Source of the DNA: Eledone cirrhosa
Taxonomy: Eukaryota
Assembly (NCBI GenBank): GCA_964016885.1
Contig: OZ024743.1
Span: 35,402,001 to 35,466,000 of the forward strand
Length of the DNA: 64,000 bases
Direction of reading: 5' to 3'
Part shown: positions 51,896 to 64,000 of the stretch, in pieces
How positions within the stretch are numbered: position 1 is the stretch's first letter
How the letters are laid out: every line of letters begins with the position of its first letter
The notes under the pieces: model-generated
What the model saw: only the letters and a program-made list of their open reading frames with translations
Told to the model about the DNA's origin: nothing
The model's database searches: none
Translations under genes and position numbers: made by a program

Positions 51896-52634
51896 ACTGA
51901 TGTTATATTCTTATAGAATTCTAGTAAATAATCAGGAACTGATTATACAGAGCGATTGTTGGTCAGGCAGAAATTAAAAATTAGAATTGGAGCTCTGAAA
52001 TAGCAATATATATATGGATGTATATATAATGTATTTTGCAATACACTTTATGCTTAATTAAAAGCATTTTGAAGACCGTATGCTATTGTTTTAGAGTAGT
52101 GACAAATTCACTTACTTTACTATATATATATATATATATATTTATAATATCTGTTTAGCTAACCATCTATCTATCTGTCTGTCTGTCTACCTTATGTGTG
52201 TGTGGTACCACCTTGTTGGTTTTTCCAACACTGCATCTCCCTGTCATGGTCACTCATTATCCTTTTATGAGATTCTGTATCCTGAGATCATCTTTCACTC
52301 TTTCTGTCCATAACAGACCTTTGATTGAAAAAAGTATTTTCAGCTATGACCATCCCATCTAATTATCATAGTTCAGAATGTTCTTCTAGTAGAAAATGGT
52401 AGAGTGTGATTTAAAAGAGATTTGGTTGCTATTTCTAGCAGGTTGAGCAACCATGTAAAAGTTGTTTGTATTGTCTATATGTAATTATCTATTTCATGAT
52501 GCCCAGGTATCTATCACAGGTGGTAGCTATCTTTCTTAATTATGAGGGATTTCAAGATAGATATATAATATGTCAGTACTTAGCAGTAAGAGTTGATTTC
52601 AGTCAGTAATTTATTCCCATCATTGTGGTGTAGA

Positions 52635-52676
<42 letters not shown>

Positions 52677-53569
52677 TGTGTTTTTATCAAAAAGATAAAA
52701 TGCAATTTTATTTTGTTTAATTAATTTTCAAAATAAATCCATTAGTTGATTTCATTTAAAAAATGAAATATACGATTCATTAAAAAATTAAAATAGTAAA
52801 GAGAACATTATCTCCCTTAGACTTGTTTTATTTGTGGATCATCCATAACTGAAACAAACTTTTATATATCGATTTGGTATTTGTCTGATATATATACATC
52901 ATCGCTTTGCGTTCATTTTTACATGCTTGTATGAGTTTGGTGGGTCGTTACAAACCAAGACAGTACTCAATCGGAGCTACTGTCTCTCCTAGACAGGTTA
53001 AGTATCATATCTTGTTCAATGCATTCCATTTTTTGACATGGTTTCTATGGATAGGTGCCTTTCCTAACACTGACCACTTCACTGAGTGTATTGGGTGCAT
53101 TTTATCATGATACAACCACTTGAGAGATTGTTATGTGTTGTGACTGAATAGTCTCTTTTACCACTCTAGAGTGTACCGAATGTTTTTTATTGTGCTAGCA
53201 ACACTAGCGAAGTCACCTTGTTGCAAGTGAGACACTAGAGGGGTGTCCTTGCTTCAAAGCAGATGTGATCAAGAGTGAATATGGTAGGGTGTGGTGGACA
53301 TAGATGCATGGTTATAAGTGTGATGGGGAAGACAGAATGATGGGGCTACATGATGGTTTTTGGCTGGAGGTTGAATAGATAACAGTAGATAAATGCAGTA
53401 GGGGTGATGGTGTCATATATGATGGAGAGATGATGATGGCCAACAGTAGTTTGCAAGACAGAAAGTGGAGAACAGCTACCAACAGCAGTGTAGATTGTTA
53501 GTTGAGGTGAGAGATAGATAGAAAGATAGATGGGCAATGGTGAGAGGGGTTCATGCCTCTGTACATGAC

Positions 53570-53960
53570 TTGTACAGTCCTTACAAGCAGTCATCTAGCC
53601 TTAGTTTCCTTAGCACTCACCAGATCAGCAAAAGCTAAATATAGGGGTCATTTCAAGCTAAGCATTTCTACTGTAGTTCTCTCGTCAGAAAGATGGCATT
53701 GGTAGCAACCCTTATTTGCATAAATCTAATCTAATTACTTAAATTCTGTTTCTGATCAATTTGGTGATAACATTTTCCATTATTTTCATAACCTGGTCCA
53801 ACAATTTGATACCTCTATAGCTGCTTTGCTCTTGTGCATCTCCTTTGTTCTTGTAGCAGTTGATGGTGATACTGATATACTAGGCATTAGGTATGACATC
53901 TTCCTGATTACCTGGTCAACAATGCAAATGACTAGCTTGTATCCTACTCTGACAGAGGTT
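53570..53960 (-). mobile_element. Old RTE fragment
   Basis: Minus strand reads SYRGIKLLDQVMK...LYLAFADL with disruptions. Confidence 0.7.
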
Positions 53961-54890
53961 TTAAACATCTCTGTCTTCATTGAATATGTAATGTTGCACT
54001 CAAGCACAATCATTGTGTTATTTTCACTTCTCTAATTCGTTCATATGTATTATTCTGTGTTGAATTTCTGAGCCCACAGTGACTCAGGAAGAGAAATATT
54101 TTATTAATGTAATTAAATGATGTTATGATATTAAGAAATGCCTTCTCTTTTGGTTATTCTTTATATCACCAGTGAAAAATACTGACTTTATTTTATATTT
54201 AAACGCTTTTAATGAAAACTTTTTAAGCAATTAAGAAACAAGCTGTTCCCATAGCCTTGTATAATCCTAGTTTCATTTTTATTCACTTTGTCCTGCTAGA
54301 CATAAAAGAATTTCCAATCTTAAAATGTTTACCGACCATTGTCATCGAACATTTAAAAGAGTTACTTCCCTTCAACCTTGTTAAGCTAGTCTTGCTATGT
54401 GAGTTGTTTAACCTTTTGTTGATAAGAGGTAGCCATTAATAATGAACCAGCCCTTCTCATTAGAATATTAGAGAATAGGAGTTGTGACTTTACTTTCTTT
54501 TCCAATGACATCAGCGGTGTATTTGAAATGGCTACTAATAGCATCTGAATGATGACACATTGGGAATTTACCATGTGCACCAGAAACCCCCAAACTTTTT
54601 AGATCATCAACCACTTCATGGAATCCTTGACTCCCTTATCGACCCTAAGCATGTATGAAAATAAATAATTAAATAAATAAATAAAGGAGTGAATAGAATA
54701 TAAAATAAATAAACAATAAAGATTAATCATATATAGACTTGTATTTTTATCTATTTCCATTTCTTATACAAATGTCAGCTTTTGACCCAAAAGTTCAATT
54801 GAATCCCTGGCTATATTTGGTAATTATTTTATCAACTCCAAAACGATAGAAAACGAAGTCAACTATGACAGAATTTGAACTTAAACGTAA

Positions 54891-55149
54891 TTAACCCTTT
54901 TGGTACCAAACTGCTAGAAATTGTCCTTTGTTTTACGATACTAAGCTGGATATTTTAAAGTGTTTGTGTTTAAAAACTTTCCATCATAATTCTATGTAAG
55001 GACCTTTGTTAAGATATGTCCCAAACACCAGCTTAATAGTGATAAAGTTAGTTATATTACTAAATCCCTCTAAATTCTTGATTATTTAAAAATTAATTTG
55101 TAAGTTATAGGTAGCATCTTTCATAAGAAATATGGTATGAAAAGGTTAA
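54891..55149. mobile_element. TTAA-flanked MITE
   Basis: ttaacccttttggtacc ... ggtatgaaaaggttaa. Confidence 0.6.
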
Positions 55150-55679
55150 ACATCTTTAGTCCAGCATTACTATTTTTGGTGGTAGGAGTGGTGGTAGCAT
55201 GTTTGTTGATTAGTAGAATGGGTATCCGGGTGTAAAAAGAAATGCAACAAGAAATACAACATCCTGCTAATGCAAACATAGAAAAATGAACATAGTCAAG
55301 AAGTTGTGAGAACATCAGAGATATCCAAGAGAACAGATTAACTGTATTTAGCATTCATAGCTAATTCAAAGCATTCCTGTTTTACTGGGTTCAACTCAGA
55401 AGGCACTTAATAGCTCTAAATTCTGAAATTTTTTTTCAAAATGATTTGAAAGCTGTAGGTACTGTCTTCCTAATGATATATATGGTAGCGAATAAGTTAA
55501 ACAACCATAAAGCATTTAGTCCAGCATTACTATTTCTGTTGGTAATGGTGGTACTGGTTTGCTACTCCTAGCTATTTCAGTGCATTTCTGTTTCATTGAG
55601 TTTAAATATCTCTAAAGTCACTTAATGCTTTCCATTTCATCACCTGCATATTTAAATAAACATTACCTTTTAATTTCAG

Positions 55680-55859
55680 CTGAGTCAAGGATCACTGGTG
55701 ACTGTTTCCCCATCATTGGTGAAACGACGAAAGACTCACTTCCATAATTTACCATGTGGCGCTCACATAATTCTTGGAAACAATGGTTATATCTGGATAG
55801 CACCAATCTCTCAAGATGAAGATGAAGAAGCTGGTGGGGGCTATGAACAAAATATCTCT
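55680..55859 (+). CDS. EXOSC2: RRP4 coding exon 6 (KH domain)
   Basis: LSQGSLVTVSPSLVKRRKTHFHNLPCGAHIILGNNGYIWIAP...QNIS; ttcag acceptor, gtgagt donor; 180 nt. Confidence 0.95.
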
Positions 55860-56466
55860 GTGAGTTTCCTTAACCGTCTGTATATCATGATCATATATAT
55901 GTCTGTCTTTAAGGAAGAGCATCCAACACTAGAAAATTTGTCAACCAAAGTGTTGGGAGGACTCTTCAGTTGTGTCAAAGACATGGTAACCTTCCTAGTA
56001 CTGGTGCCATGATAAAATGTACTCAGTACACTCCAGTAGCTCTGATTAAGTATTGACTTGGACTGTGATGACTTGTCCAACCCTTGCTAGTAGGGAAAAC
56101 ATGTTAAGTGATGATTATTATGATATATATATATTTAGGTATAACTTTATTATACACTTTTCAATTTATATCTGTATTAATTACCAACATGAGTGGTAAT
56201 TATATGCAAATTAGCATATCCATTTCAGGATAATACTAGGAGCGAATGGTTATATATACTCATCAAATACATGTTTCCTTGTGGTTGAGTGATGATATAT
56301 ACACCTGATGAAGATCCAATTAGGTCAGAAAATCGAATAAAAGTGTTTATCATTTACAGGGAAATTTGCATTTTCTGGTGTGTTTACATGGCTACATATT
56401 AGATATGTGTATATATTTATACATGTTGGTGCAGTCTCGGTTACACACTCTGTATTTATACAGATG

Positions 56467-56518
<52 letters not shown>

Positions 56519-56670
56519 TACCGGGGCCCAAAACTATGTTTCCACTGTGAGTCAGGTTTGCTGCAGTCAACTGGTCTATCCTTCCTCAAAAGAATAGATT
56601 AACTGGATTTGGTATTCATAGCTAATTCAAAACATTTTTGTTTTACTGAGTTCACATATCTAGAAGGTGC

Positions 56671-56886
56671 TTAACCCCTTAGCATTTGCATTATTCTATA
56701 TTTACTATTATATTTTTGCAGTAAAGACTTTACCTCATATAATATTGAATCTTTGAGATTTTGATGTTATTTATTTTGAGAAAAATACCTTAACATCAGT
56801 ATGTATGGCTGGTTACAGTTGGTTTGAACAGAAAGAGGTGAGAGAATTCTGGTCGGATATGGTCGGTTTAAATGTTAAAGGGTTAA
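56671..56886. mobile_element. TTAA-flanked MITE, different family
   Basis: ttaaccccttagcattt ... aaatgttaaagggttaa. Confidence 0.6.
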
Positions 56887-57019
56887 GCTTCATTTATGTG
56901 ATCTTAACATTTGTGAATAGACAAACATATAGCCTTAGCAACATGGCTTAGGGATATTTGTATTGTATACATCTGAAACATTGTTTTACACTGATATATT
57001 GTGGAATATTCTATTGCAG

Positions 57020-57148
57020 CCAGTTTCCTGTGGTGACCGTGAAGTGATTGCTCGTATGAGGAACTGTATCCTGGCCCTCAGCCATCACAAGATGATGTTG
57101 TTTGACACAAGTATATTGTACACCTATGACAACTCCCTTAAGTTCTCG
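57020..57148 (+). CDS. EXOSC2: RRP4 coding exon 7
   Basis: PVSCGDREVIARMRNCILALSHHKMMLFDTSILYTYDNSLKFS; tgcag acceptor, gtaagt donor; 129 nt. Confidence 0.95.
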
Positions 57149-57492
57149 GTAAGTAGTGTCAAAATGAAGCTGTGTGTGTGTTTTCAGGAACTAGAATATC
57201 TATCCATTTGGTCAGATTCATACAGTCCACATTTATCTGTGAAGATAAGAACAGCGACTATATGTAAGCTTGGAAGAGTTGTAAGCACGAATTGAACATT
57301 GTTTATGTTTGTGTTTTGTGTCATTCAACACAGTATATTTGTATATCTGTGTACATATTTCTGAATTTGTGCCTTTGTGTGTCTCCCTGTCTCTCTTGCT
57401 ATCTCTCCACACACACATATATCATTGTCTTTGCTGGCATTGGTTAGACAGGAATTTTTGAGGCAATTTTTTTACAGAAACTATGTATATAT

Positions 57493-57902
57493 CATCATCA
57501 TCATCACCCTTTTACGTCCGTTCTTCCACGCTAGCATGGGTTAGATGGGTTGTCCTGTTGTGGGCAGTGTCCGGTTGGCTGACCTTGTCTTGCTCATACG
57601 AGAACTGATTCTGGCTTGATTTCTACAGCTGGATGCCCTTCCTAACACCAACCTCATTTACAGTGAGTGCTGGGTGCTTTTTTTTCGTGGTGCCTACACG
57701 TCCACTTTTACAGTGTGGGCTAGGTGCTTTTTTGCCCTGGCACCTCCATGACCACTTTGCAGTGGAATGATAGGGACCCCAGTTCTATCATCTCATTTCT
57801 ACAGCTGAGTAAACTGGAGCAATGTGAAATAAAGTGTCTTGCTCAAGAATTGAACTCACAACCTTTCAATTGCAAGCCCAATACTCTAACCACTAAGTCA
57901 TG
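57493..57902 (-). mobile_element. SINE family 1 variant carrying the long RTE-A 3'UTR tail
   Basis: Tail matches ~12757-13018; head matches the SINE at 33541. Confidence 0.85.
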
Positions 57903-58948
57903 CATCATCATCATCATCATCATCAACGTTTAACGTCCGTGTTCCACGCTTGCATGGGTTTGGACGGGGGTAGTCCCACTTGAGGCAAGAGTGATTGTCT
58001 TGCTCGCATAGGACTGTCTGGCAGGTTTTCTACAGTTGGATGCCCTTCCTAACACCAACCACATTTACAGTGTGGGTCTGGGAGGTTTTTACCGTGTTGC
58101 CTACATGGCCACATTACAGCGTGGACTGTGTGTTTTTTTGTCGTGACACCTACACGATCTCATTTGTTTCGGCCTGGATGGCGCGGCACCAACATAACTT
58201 TACATAGAACGGGGTGGTGTGGATGGGGTGGGGGTGGTGGTGGTGGGACGGGGTGTATTTTGTTAGAGATGCCTACTGGCTGGAGTAGGTTTTACTATAT
58301 ATTTAGGTAAGGCGGGTCTTCTCTGTTACTGAGTACCGCCAAAGGTCTCGGTGGTAAGGCGGGTCTTCTCTGTTACTGAGTACCGCCAAAGGTCTCGGTC
58401 GAGTGACATTGTCTTGGAGAGGTGTAAGTGTGTGAGGTCGGAGTTTATCAGCTCGTCCCAGGTTTTTCTAGGTCTGCCTATTCCGTGGCTACCGTCTATC
58501 TTTATTGCCCTGCACTTTGTTATACAGCTATCGACTTTCATGCGCATTACGTGTCCATACCAACGTAGCCTTCTCTCGAGTAAACAACATCTGATCCCTC
58601 TTATCTCTAATTTTTTCCTTAGTTCGTTTATGCTTTGCCGTTCATGTATATTACTGTTACACATCCAGCGGAGCATGCAAGCTTCGTTCCTCTCTAGTCT
58701 GCGTATATCCTCTGCACACAATGCCCAGGTCTCACTGCCATGCAACATTGCTGTTCGTATGCAGGCATCGTACAACCTGCCTTTCATTTTTAGGGAGAAC
58801 CCTTTAGCAGCTAATAGTGGTATAAGCTCTCTGAACTTTTTCCAACCAGTTCTGACTCTAGCTACTGTACTTTCAGAGCACCCTCCCCCACTGCTGATTT
58901 TATCGCCCAGGTAACGGAAGCTGTCCACTATTTCTATGGAACCCTCTG

Positions 58949-58950
<2 letters not shown>
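57903..58950 (-). mobile_element. Young 5'-truncated RTE family B copy with an internal 47-bp tandem duplication
   Basis: Matches ~14968-15953; duplication at 58306-58352 and 58353-58399; (CAT)n at both ends. Confidence 0.92.
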
Positions 58951-58984
<34 letters not shown>

Positions 58985-59486
58985 ATATATATATATATAT
59001 ATGTGTGTGTATATATATTATATGTGTAAATTGAAGTTGTAGCTGCAGTAGAGCAGATACCAATCAAATTGTTTAAGGTGTATATACTTGTATATGCTAG
59101 AGTAATTGTCTATCTTATGTAAAAGTCACCTCCTTATGTAAAAAGTCTAGAATTTTTCATAGACCTTGTATAAAGGTCGACCCTAGTATTTCATGGATAA
59201 CAGGTCAACATTTGTAGGTCAAGGTATTATCCTATATGTAAAAATAACACTGTTACAAAATTATCATTAATTTAAAGTAAATTTATATTATTGCAAATAC
59301 ATGTCTGAAACTAAAAATTTACTCAAACTTGTGCCTACCTTACTATAACCTGCTCTATAGCTGGAATGTTTGGTGCTTATAGTAAAACACCATATAATAG
59401 CGAGCACTACACATCTGTTGATGGGTACTACATCACCATTATTAAAATGTGTGTACAAGATGTACTGCAAACCTGCAACCTTTATA

Positions 59487-60784
59487 TGAGGGTCAGCTGA
59501 AAGGTTCATAGGCTGACCAAGATACTCTCATGGAATGTGACCAAATGAGGTTTATTTTTCAACATAGTCCCCCTTACAGTCCACACACTTCTTCTATCGG
59601 TGCTGCAATGCTTGGATTCCATTGGTGAAGAAACTTTCATCCCAGTTGGTAAAAGAAGTCATCAACAGCAGATATAACGTCATCATCACTGCGATACTGG
59701 TTCCCAGCCAAGTGTTTTGTCATGTTGGGGAACAGATCATAGTTAGATGAGACCAAATCGGGAGAATAGAGAGGGTGATCAACCATTTCAAAGTCACAGT
59801 CATGCACAGCTGCCATTGAAACCAAGGACTTATGTGCGGTAGCTTTGTCCTGATGAAACAAGATCCCTTTTGTCAGTTTTCCTGAGCATTTGGTATTGAT
59901 ATCTTATCATAACAGCTTCAGCAAGTTGTCATAGTACTCTCCATTGATGATGGGGCCATTTTGAAGATGGTTAATAAACACAATGTCTTTTGCATCCCCC
60001 AAAACAGAGGCCATCACCTTCCATGTTGATGAAATGACCTTGGAATACTTTGGAGCAGGTGAGGAGGGGTGTTTCCACTGCATGGATTGTCTCTTTGTCT
60101 CTGGCTCAAAGTGATAAACCCAACATGCATCCTGGGTTAGGAAACGTTCAAGGAAACCAGCTGGATCTGTCTCAAACATTGTCAGATTTTTCCATGATGT
60201 GATCAGCCTGGTGCACTTTTGATCAGGTGTCTGAACACGTGGCACCCACTAAGCATAAACCTTCATGCCAAGTTCATTGTGCAGAATATTCTCAATTCTC
60301 TCACAGGATATGCTAATAACATTGGTTATTCAATTTAGAGTCAATTGCTTGTGATCCATCACCATATAGTGAGCACGATCAATGTTTTCCTCGGTGGTGG
60401 CAGTTGCAGGAAGTCCAGACCTTGGATTATCTTCAAAAGTTTCCCTTCCGCTCCTAAATTCAGCTGTCCATATTTACACTGTTGATAAAGCTGGAGTGTC
60501 ATCCCCTAATGTAGCAACCATGTCAGCATGAATGTCCTTGGGGCCTAAATCCTTGGGGCCTAAATCCTTTTTCTGCAGGTACTTGATAAAACCATGATGC
60601 TAAATTTTGTTCATTTTCAAGAGAAGTTGCTTTTGAAGTCTTCTTTGAACAGTCAGATACCAGTTTACCTGGAAAGAAACAGCGCAGTTATTAATAAGAA
60701 GAGTTGAAATTAATGCATGCAAGATTTCACAGCTCTCGTATCACTCCTTCATAGTCAGCCTATGAACTTTTCAGCCCACTTTTG
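59487..60784 (-). mobile_element. Full-length (1298 bp) defective mariner transposon
   Basis: 31-bp imperfect TIRs (59487-59517 and 60754-60784), TA on both sides. Transposase motifs WVPR, TQDACW, HQDKATAH, YSPDL, with stops and frameshifts. Confidence 0.92.
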
Positions 60785-61189
60785 TATTTTCCTTATTTCC
60801 AAACACAATAAACACATACGTCTGCGCGTGTCTCATCGTCTGTTTACGTGGTGAGAAACGTGTTTCACAGAGAGCGCTGTAGGGGAATACTAGCAAATGC
60901 CACTGTCTAAATTTTTAAGACGGTAAAGATGTGAGAAGATTTGACTATTATTTCTAGCATATTGAGTGACCACTTAAGGTCCCAGTGGGTTGAGCTTTGG
61001 TACAGTATATCTAGGACAACATTATCTAGTGTCTCCTTTTTTAAGACAGTATGGTTGTAATTTGAGGGAGATTTTGTTACTATTTCTGACATGTTGAATG
61101 ACCACATGTTTTGGGGGATCTAATATTAATATGAAATTGAGGTTAAGCTTTGAAAACCACCTGAACTAATCTATCATGTTCTGTTGTAG

Positions 61190-61270
61190 TGTAAAGATAT
61201 TTTGAAGCCAGAAATAATGAATGAGATTGTTGAAATGACACGACTGAGACTTGAACAGGAATCCCTCTGA
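61190..61270 (+). CDS. EXOSC2: RRP4 coding exon 8 (stop)
   Basis: CKDILKPEIMNEIVEMTRLRLEQESL*; tgtag acceptor. The 8 exons total 879 nt = 292 aa + stop. Confidence 0.93.
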   Translation, partial: CKDILKPEIMNEIVEMTRLRLEQESL

Positions 61271-61353
61271 GCTGAATATCACCTACCATCAAGCCATTAA
61301 TCCTCATTGATTTTATTGGTAAGTGATTGCTATTTATTAATTATTTATCCTAT

Positions 61354-61558
61354 AGGGCTGTGGACTGGCAGTAATGGTAGTGCATCGGACACCATGCTTT
61401 GCAGCATAGAGTTACGCTCTGAGTTCAAATGTTGCCGAGGTTAGCTTTCCTTATGGGTTTGATAAAATAAAGCACCAGTAATGCACTGGGGTCGATTTAA
61501 TCGACTTTCCCCTGCCCCCAAAATTGTTGGCCATGTGCCTTAATCAGAAACCATTATG
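61354..61558 (+). mobile_element. SINE family 2 with 12-bp TSD
   Basis: TSD tatttatcctat at 61342-61353 and 61559-61570. Confidence 0.8.
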
Positions 61559-61802
61559 TATTTATCCTATGAGATACGAACTTGATGGAGGCCAGCTAAA
61601 CCTACATAGCTGTGAGCTGTAAATTTCATTTTTTTTCATTTATTAGTCCTCAACTATGAATATAAACTTCTTATTCTATTTATGTGGTGGTTGTGATGGC
61701 ATGGGCAATGCTGCAGTAGCAGGGGTAATGTTGCAAACAACTGTGCATTCCACTGGCTTTTACTCAAAGTTGTAATATAACTTTTTATTTATATGTTTTA
61801 TT

Positions 61803-62019
61803 GAGCGGTAGATTGGCAGTATCGGTAGTGGTTCGGACGCCATGTTTTGCAGCATAGAGTTACGGCTCTTTATGATCTGAGCTCAAATCCCGTCGAGGTT
61901 AACTTTGCCTTTTATCCTTACGGAGTCGATAAAATAAAGTACCAGTCACGCACTGGGTTCGATTTAATTGACTTTCCCCTGCCCCCCAAATTACTGGCCT
62001 TGTGCCTATATAAGAAACC
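61803..62019 (+). mobile_element. SINE family 2 with 16-bp TSD
   Basis: TSD atttatatgttttatt at 61787-61802 and 62020-62035. Confidence 0.85.
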
Positions 62020-63339
62020 ATTTATATGTTTTATTTATGTACTTGCAGGAGGAGAAGGAGATTGCCCCGAGAGCATTGGTGACAACATGGCTATTCTTCC
62101 TTTCGCTTCCATCATCTGGCTACGGGCTTGTTTATTCCAGCTGTTCAAGGATCACACAGATTTTCACCCAATATCTTTGACTCCCATTTGCATTTTTTTT
62201 CCTAACTCCATATTGCCATGTCATCTCTGCATCTGCTTTCACACTTCCATTTTAGATGACAATTTATGCCTGCTAACCTTCAGCAGTCAATGTCATCATC
62301 ACATTCATAAAGTTTCCTTAATTTTTCCGGTGTGTTTTCTCATTTTTTGCTTTAAAATTATCCATTTACACCACCACCACTACCACCATCACATGTCTAA
62401 CAATCGTTTCACCTTCACTTCTGTCTGTTTGAGATAGTAACTAACATGCAAGGATCAGTGGTATGGACTACTTTTTAAAAACATTCTGCTATCATGAGGG
62501 AGCTTCTATATGGCTGCTCTTCCTTCTAGAAATTCATTGGTTGCTTGTGGCTGGAATACCTTTAGCTGACAACAACAATAATATTTTGCTTCATGTCAAG
62601 TATATTTATTGTTTATCACTAAATAATAACTGTCTCAATGAGTTCCATGGCATAGTATGGTTATTATCATATCAAACAAGGCCTGTTTCAGATACAACCT
62701 GCATAAATTGGTCTAGAAAGGTTATATCTCTTCAACAGACTCATCACTCTTAAGGCCAGTCAAAATAGTTCTTCACTGACATGACCATGAGAAGTCATTT
62801 AAATAGCAGAAAAAATGATGTCTGTTGGTTGATGCTCAAACTGTTGTTTGTTTGACCTTAACGATCACTGGAAATGGCACAAAAAGTATATAATAAATTG
62901 AAAATAAAACAAATGATCTTGTGGAAGGGTTGAGTAATTCTACTTTATTTAACCCTTATATTATCATATTTCTATTGCAAGGCATTGCCTATAATTTTCA
63001 GATCATTTTGACAAAGGCTTACATAAAATTATAATGGAAGGTCTTTAGATAAATATAAACAACTTGATATAAAACCAGAGGTGGTTTCAGCTGGTTTGGT
63101 GTGAAATAGGTTGTGTCCTTGTCAGACATTTATCATCATCATCATCATCACACATATAGAAGCATATACCCACATACATACAGGGACACATATAGACAGA
63201 GGGAGCCTAGTAACTTAATGATATTAAAAAAATTCAGTACTACAAGCGCTATTCAATGTAGGATTTTAAAAAGATACAATTATTTGATGTCATTCTTACA
63301 TAGTTTTTCAGAAAATATTTCTAACCATTTTCAATTAAC

Positions 63340-63614
63340 ATCATCCAGTCCGAAACAAATGAGGTCGTGTAGGTGTCACGACAAAAAAACACGCAGTCCA
63401 CGCTGTAATGTGGCCGTGTAGGTAACACGGTAAAAACCTCCCAGTCCACACTGTAAACGTGGTTGGTGTTAGGAAGGGCATCCAGCCGTGGAAAACCCGC
63501 CAGACAGTCCTATACGAGCAGGACAACAAATCTTGCCTCAAGTGGGAAAACTCCCGTCCAAACCCATGCAAGCGTGGAAGATGGACGTTAAACGATGATG
63601 ATGATGATGATGAT
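63340..63614 (+). mobile_element. RTE family B 3'UTR-only copy
   Basis: Matches ~15680-15953; ends in (GAT)n. Confidence 0.85.
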
Positions 63615-63885
63615 CATAGTCATTGCTGTTAATATATGATAACTAACCCCAGTCAGTCATCATTGATTTAATATCTATTATATTTCAATAATAGATAATT
63701 GAGTGACTATGTCTAGCTCCTTGGGATCAGTTTTCATCACTTCTTTTATATATATTATATATAGTACTGGTGCTGTGATAAAATGCACCACATATAGAAA
63801 ATTTGGATGTAAAATGTATGTGTGTGTGAGTAGAATATATATATATATATATAATGATGATGATGAGATATATATATATATATAT

Positions 63886-64000
63886 GAAAAATTCGGGACC
63901 CCGACGGCTGAGCTCCAGCTGTTTCAACATCTAGATCCAAACTCTTATTCAGATCTAGCTGTTAAAACAGCCAAATCTCAGCTGTTGGAATCCTGAATTT
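63886..64000. mobile_element. Diverged palindromic mini-element related to 32783-32905
   Basis: gaaaaattcgggaccccgacggctgagctc resembles ggaaaatgttcaggactccgacggcagagctc; imperfect self-complementarity; follows (TA)n. Confidence 0.6.

Noticed and set aside
54050-54600. Possible old PLE or transposase remnant on the minus strand
   Set aside because: No diagnostic motif could be read with confidence.
56301-56346. Hammerhead-like CTGATGA..GAAA in intron 6
   Set aside because: Stem II is imperfect and there is no valid stem III or cleavage triplet; counted only as a weak relic.
61847-62437. 196-aa ORF downstream of EXOSC2
   Set aside because: Starts inside a SINE, has no recognisable domain, and is better explained as 3'UTR/intron.

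Overview
Eukaryotic, AT-rich, microsatellite-dense animal DNA. The SINE/RTE repertoire suggests a cephalopod, probably Octopus (inference). The only confident host gene is an 8-coding-exon EXOSC2/RRP4 (RNA exosome cap subunit, + strand, 40979-61270, 292 aa); its 4th intron is U12-type (minor spliceosome). The rest is repeats: a complex ~9 kb satellite with higher-order structure; two RTE-clade LINE families whose ORF carries a PHD-like finger, plus partner SINEs; an RTE-BovB-like relic; a near full-length Tx1/L1-clade LINE; a Penelope-like element (RT + GIY-YIG); Helitron-like elements; a mariner; and MITEs. The most unusual signal is at least six sequence-unrelated type I hammerhead-ribozyme motifs. 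Nearly all lie in short inverted or partial-tandem units ending in (TA)n tracts. Two have greatly enlarged domain II, and one is in sense orientation in an EXOSC2 intron. All calls come from reading the sequence by eye; no searches or folding computations were run.
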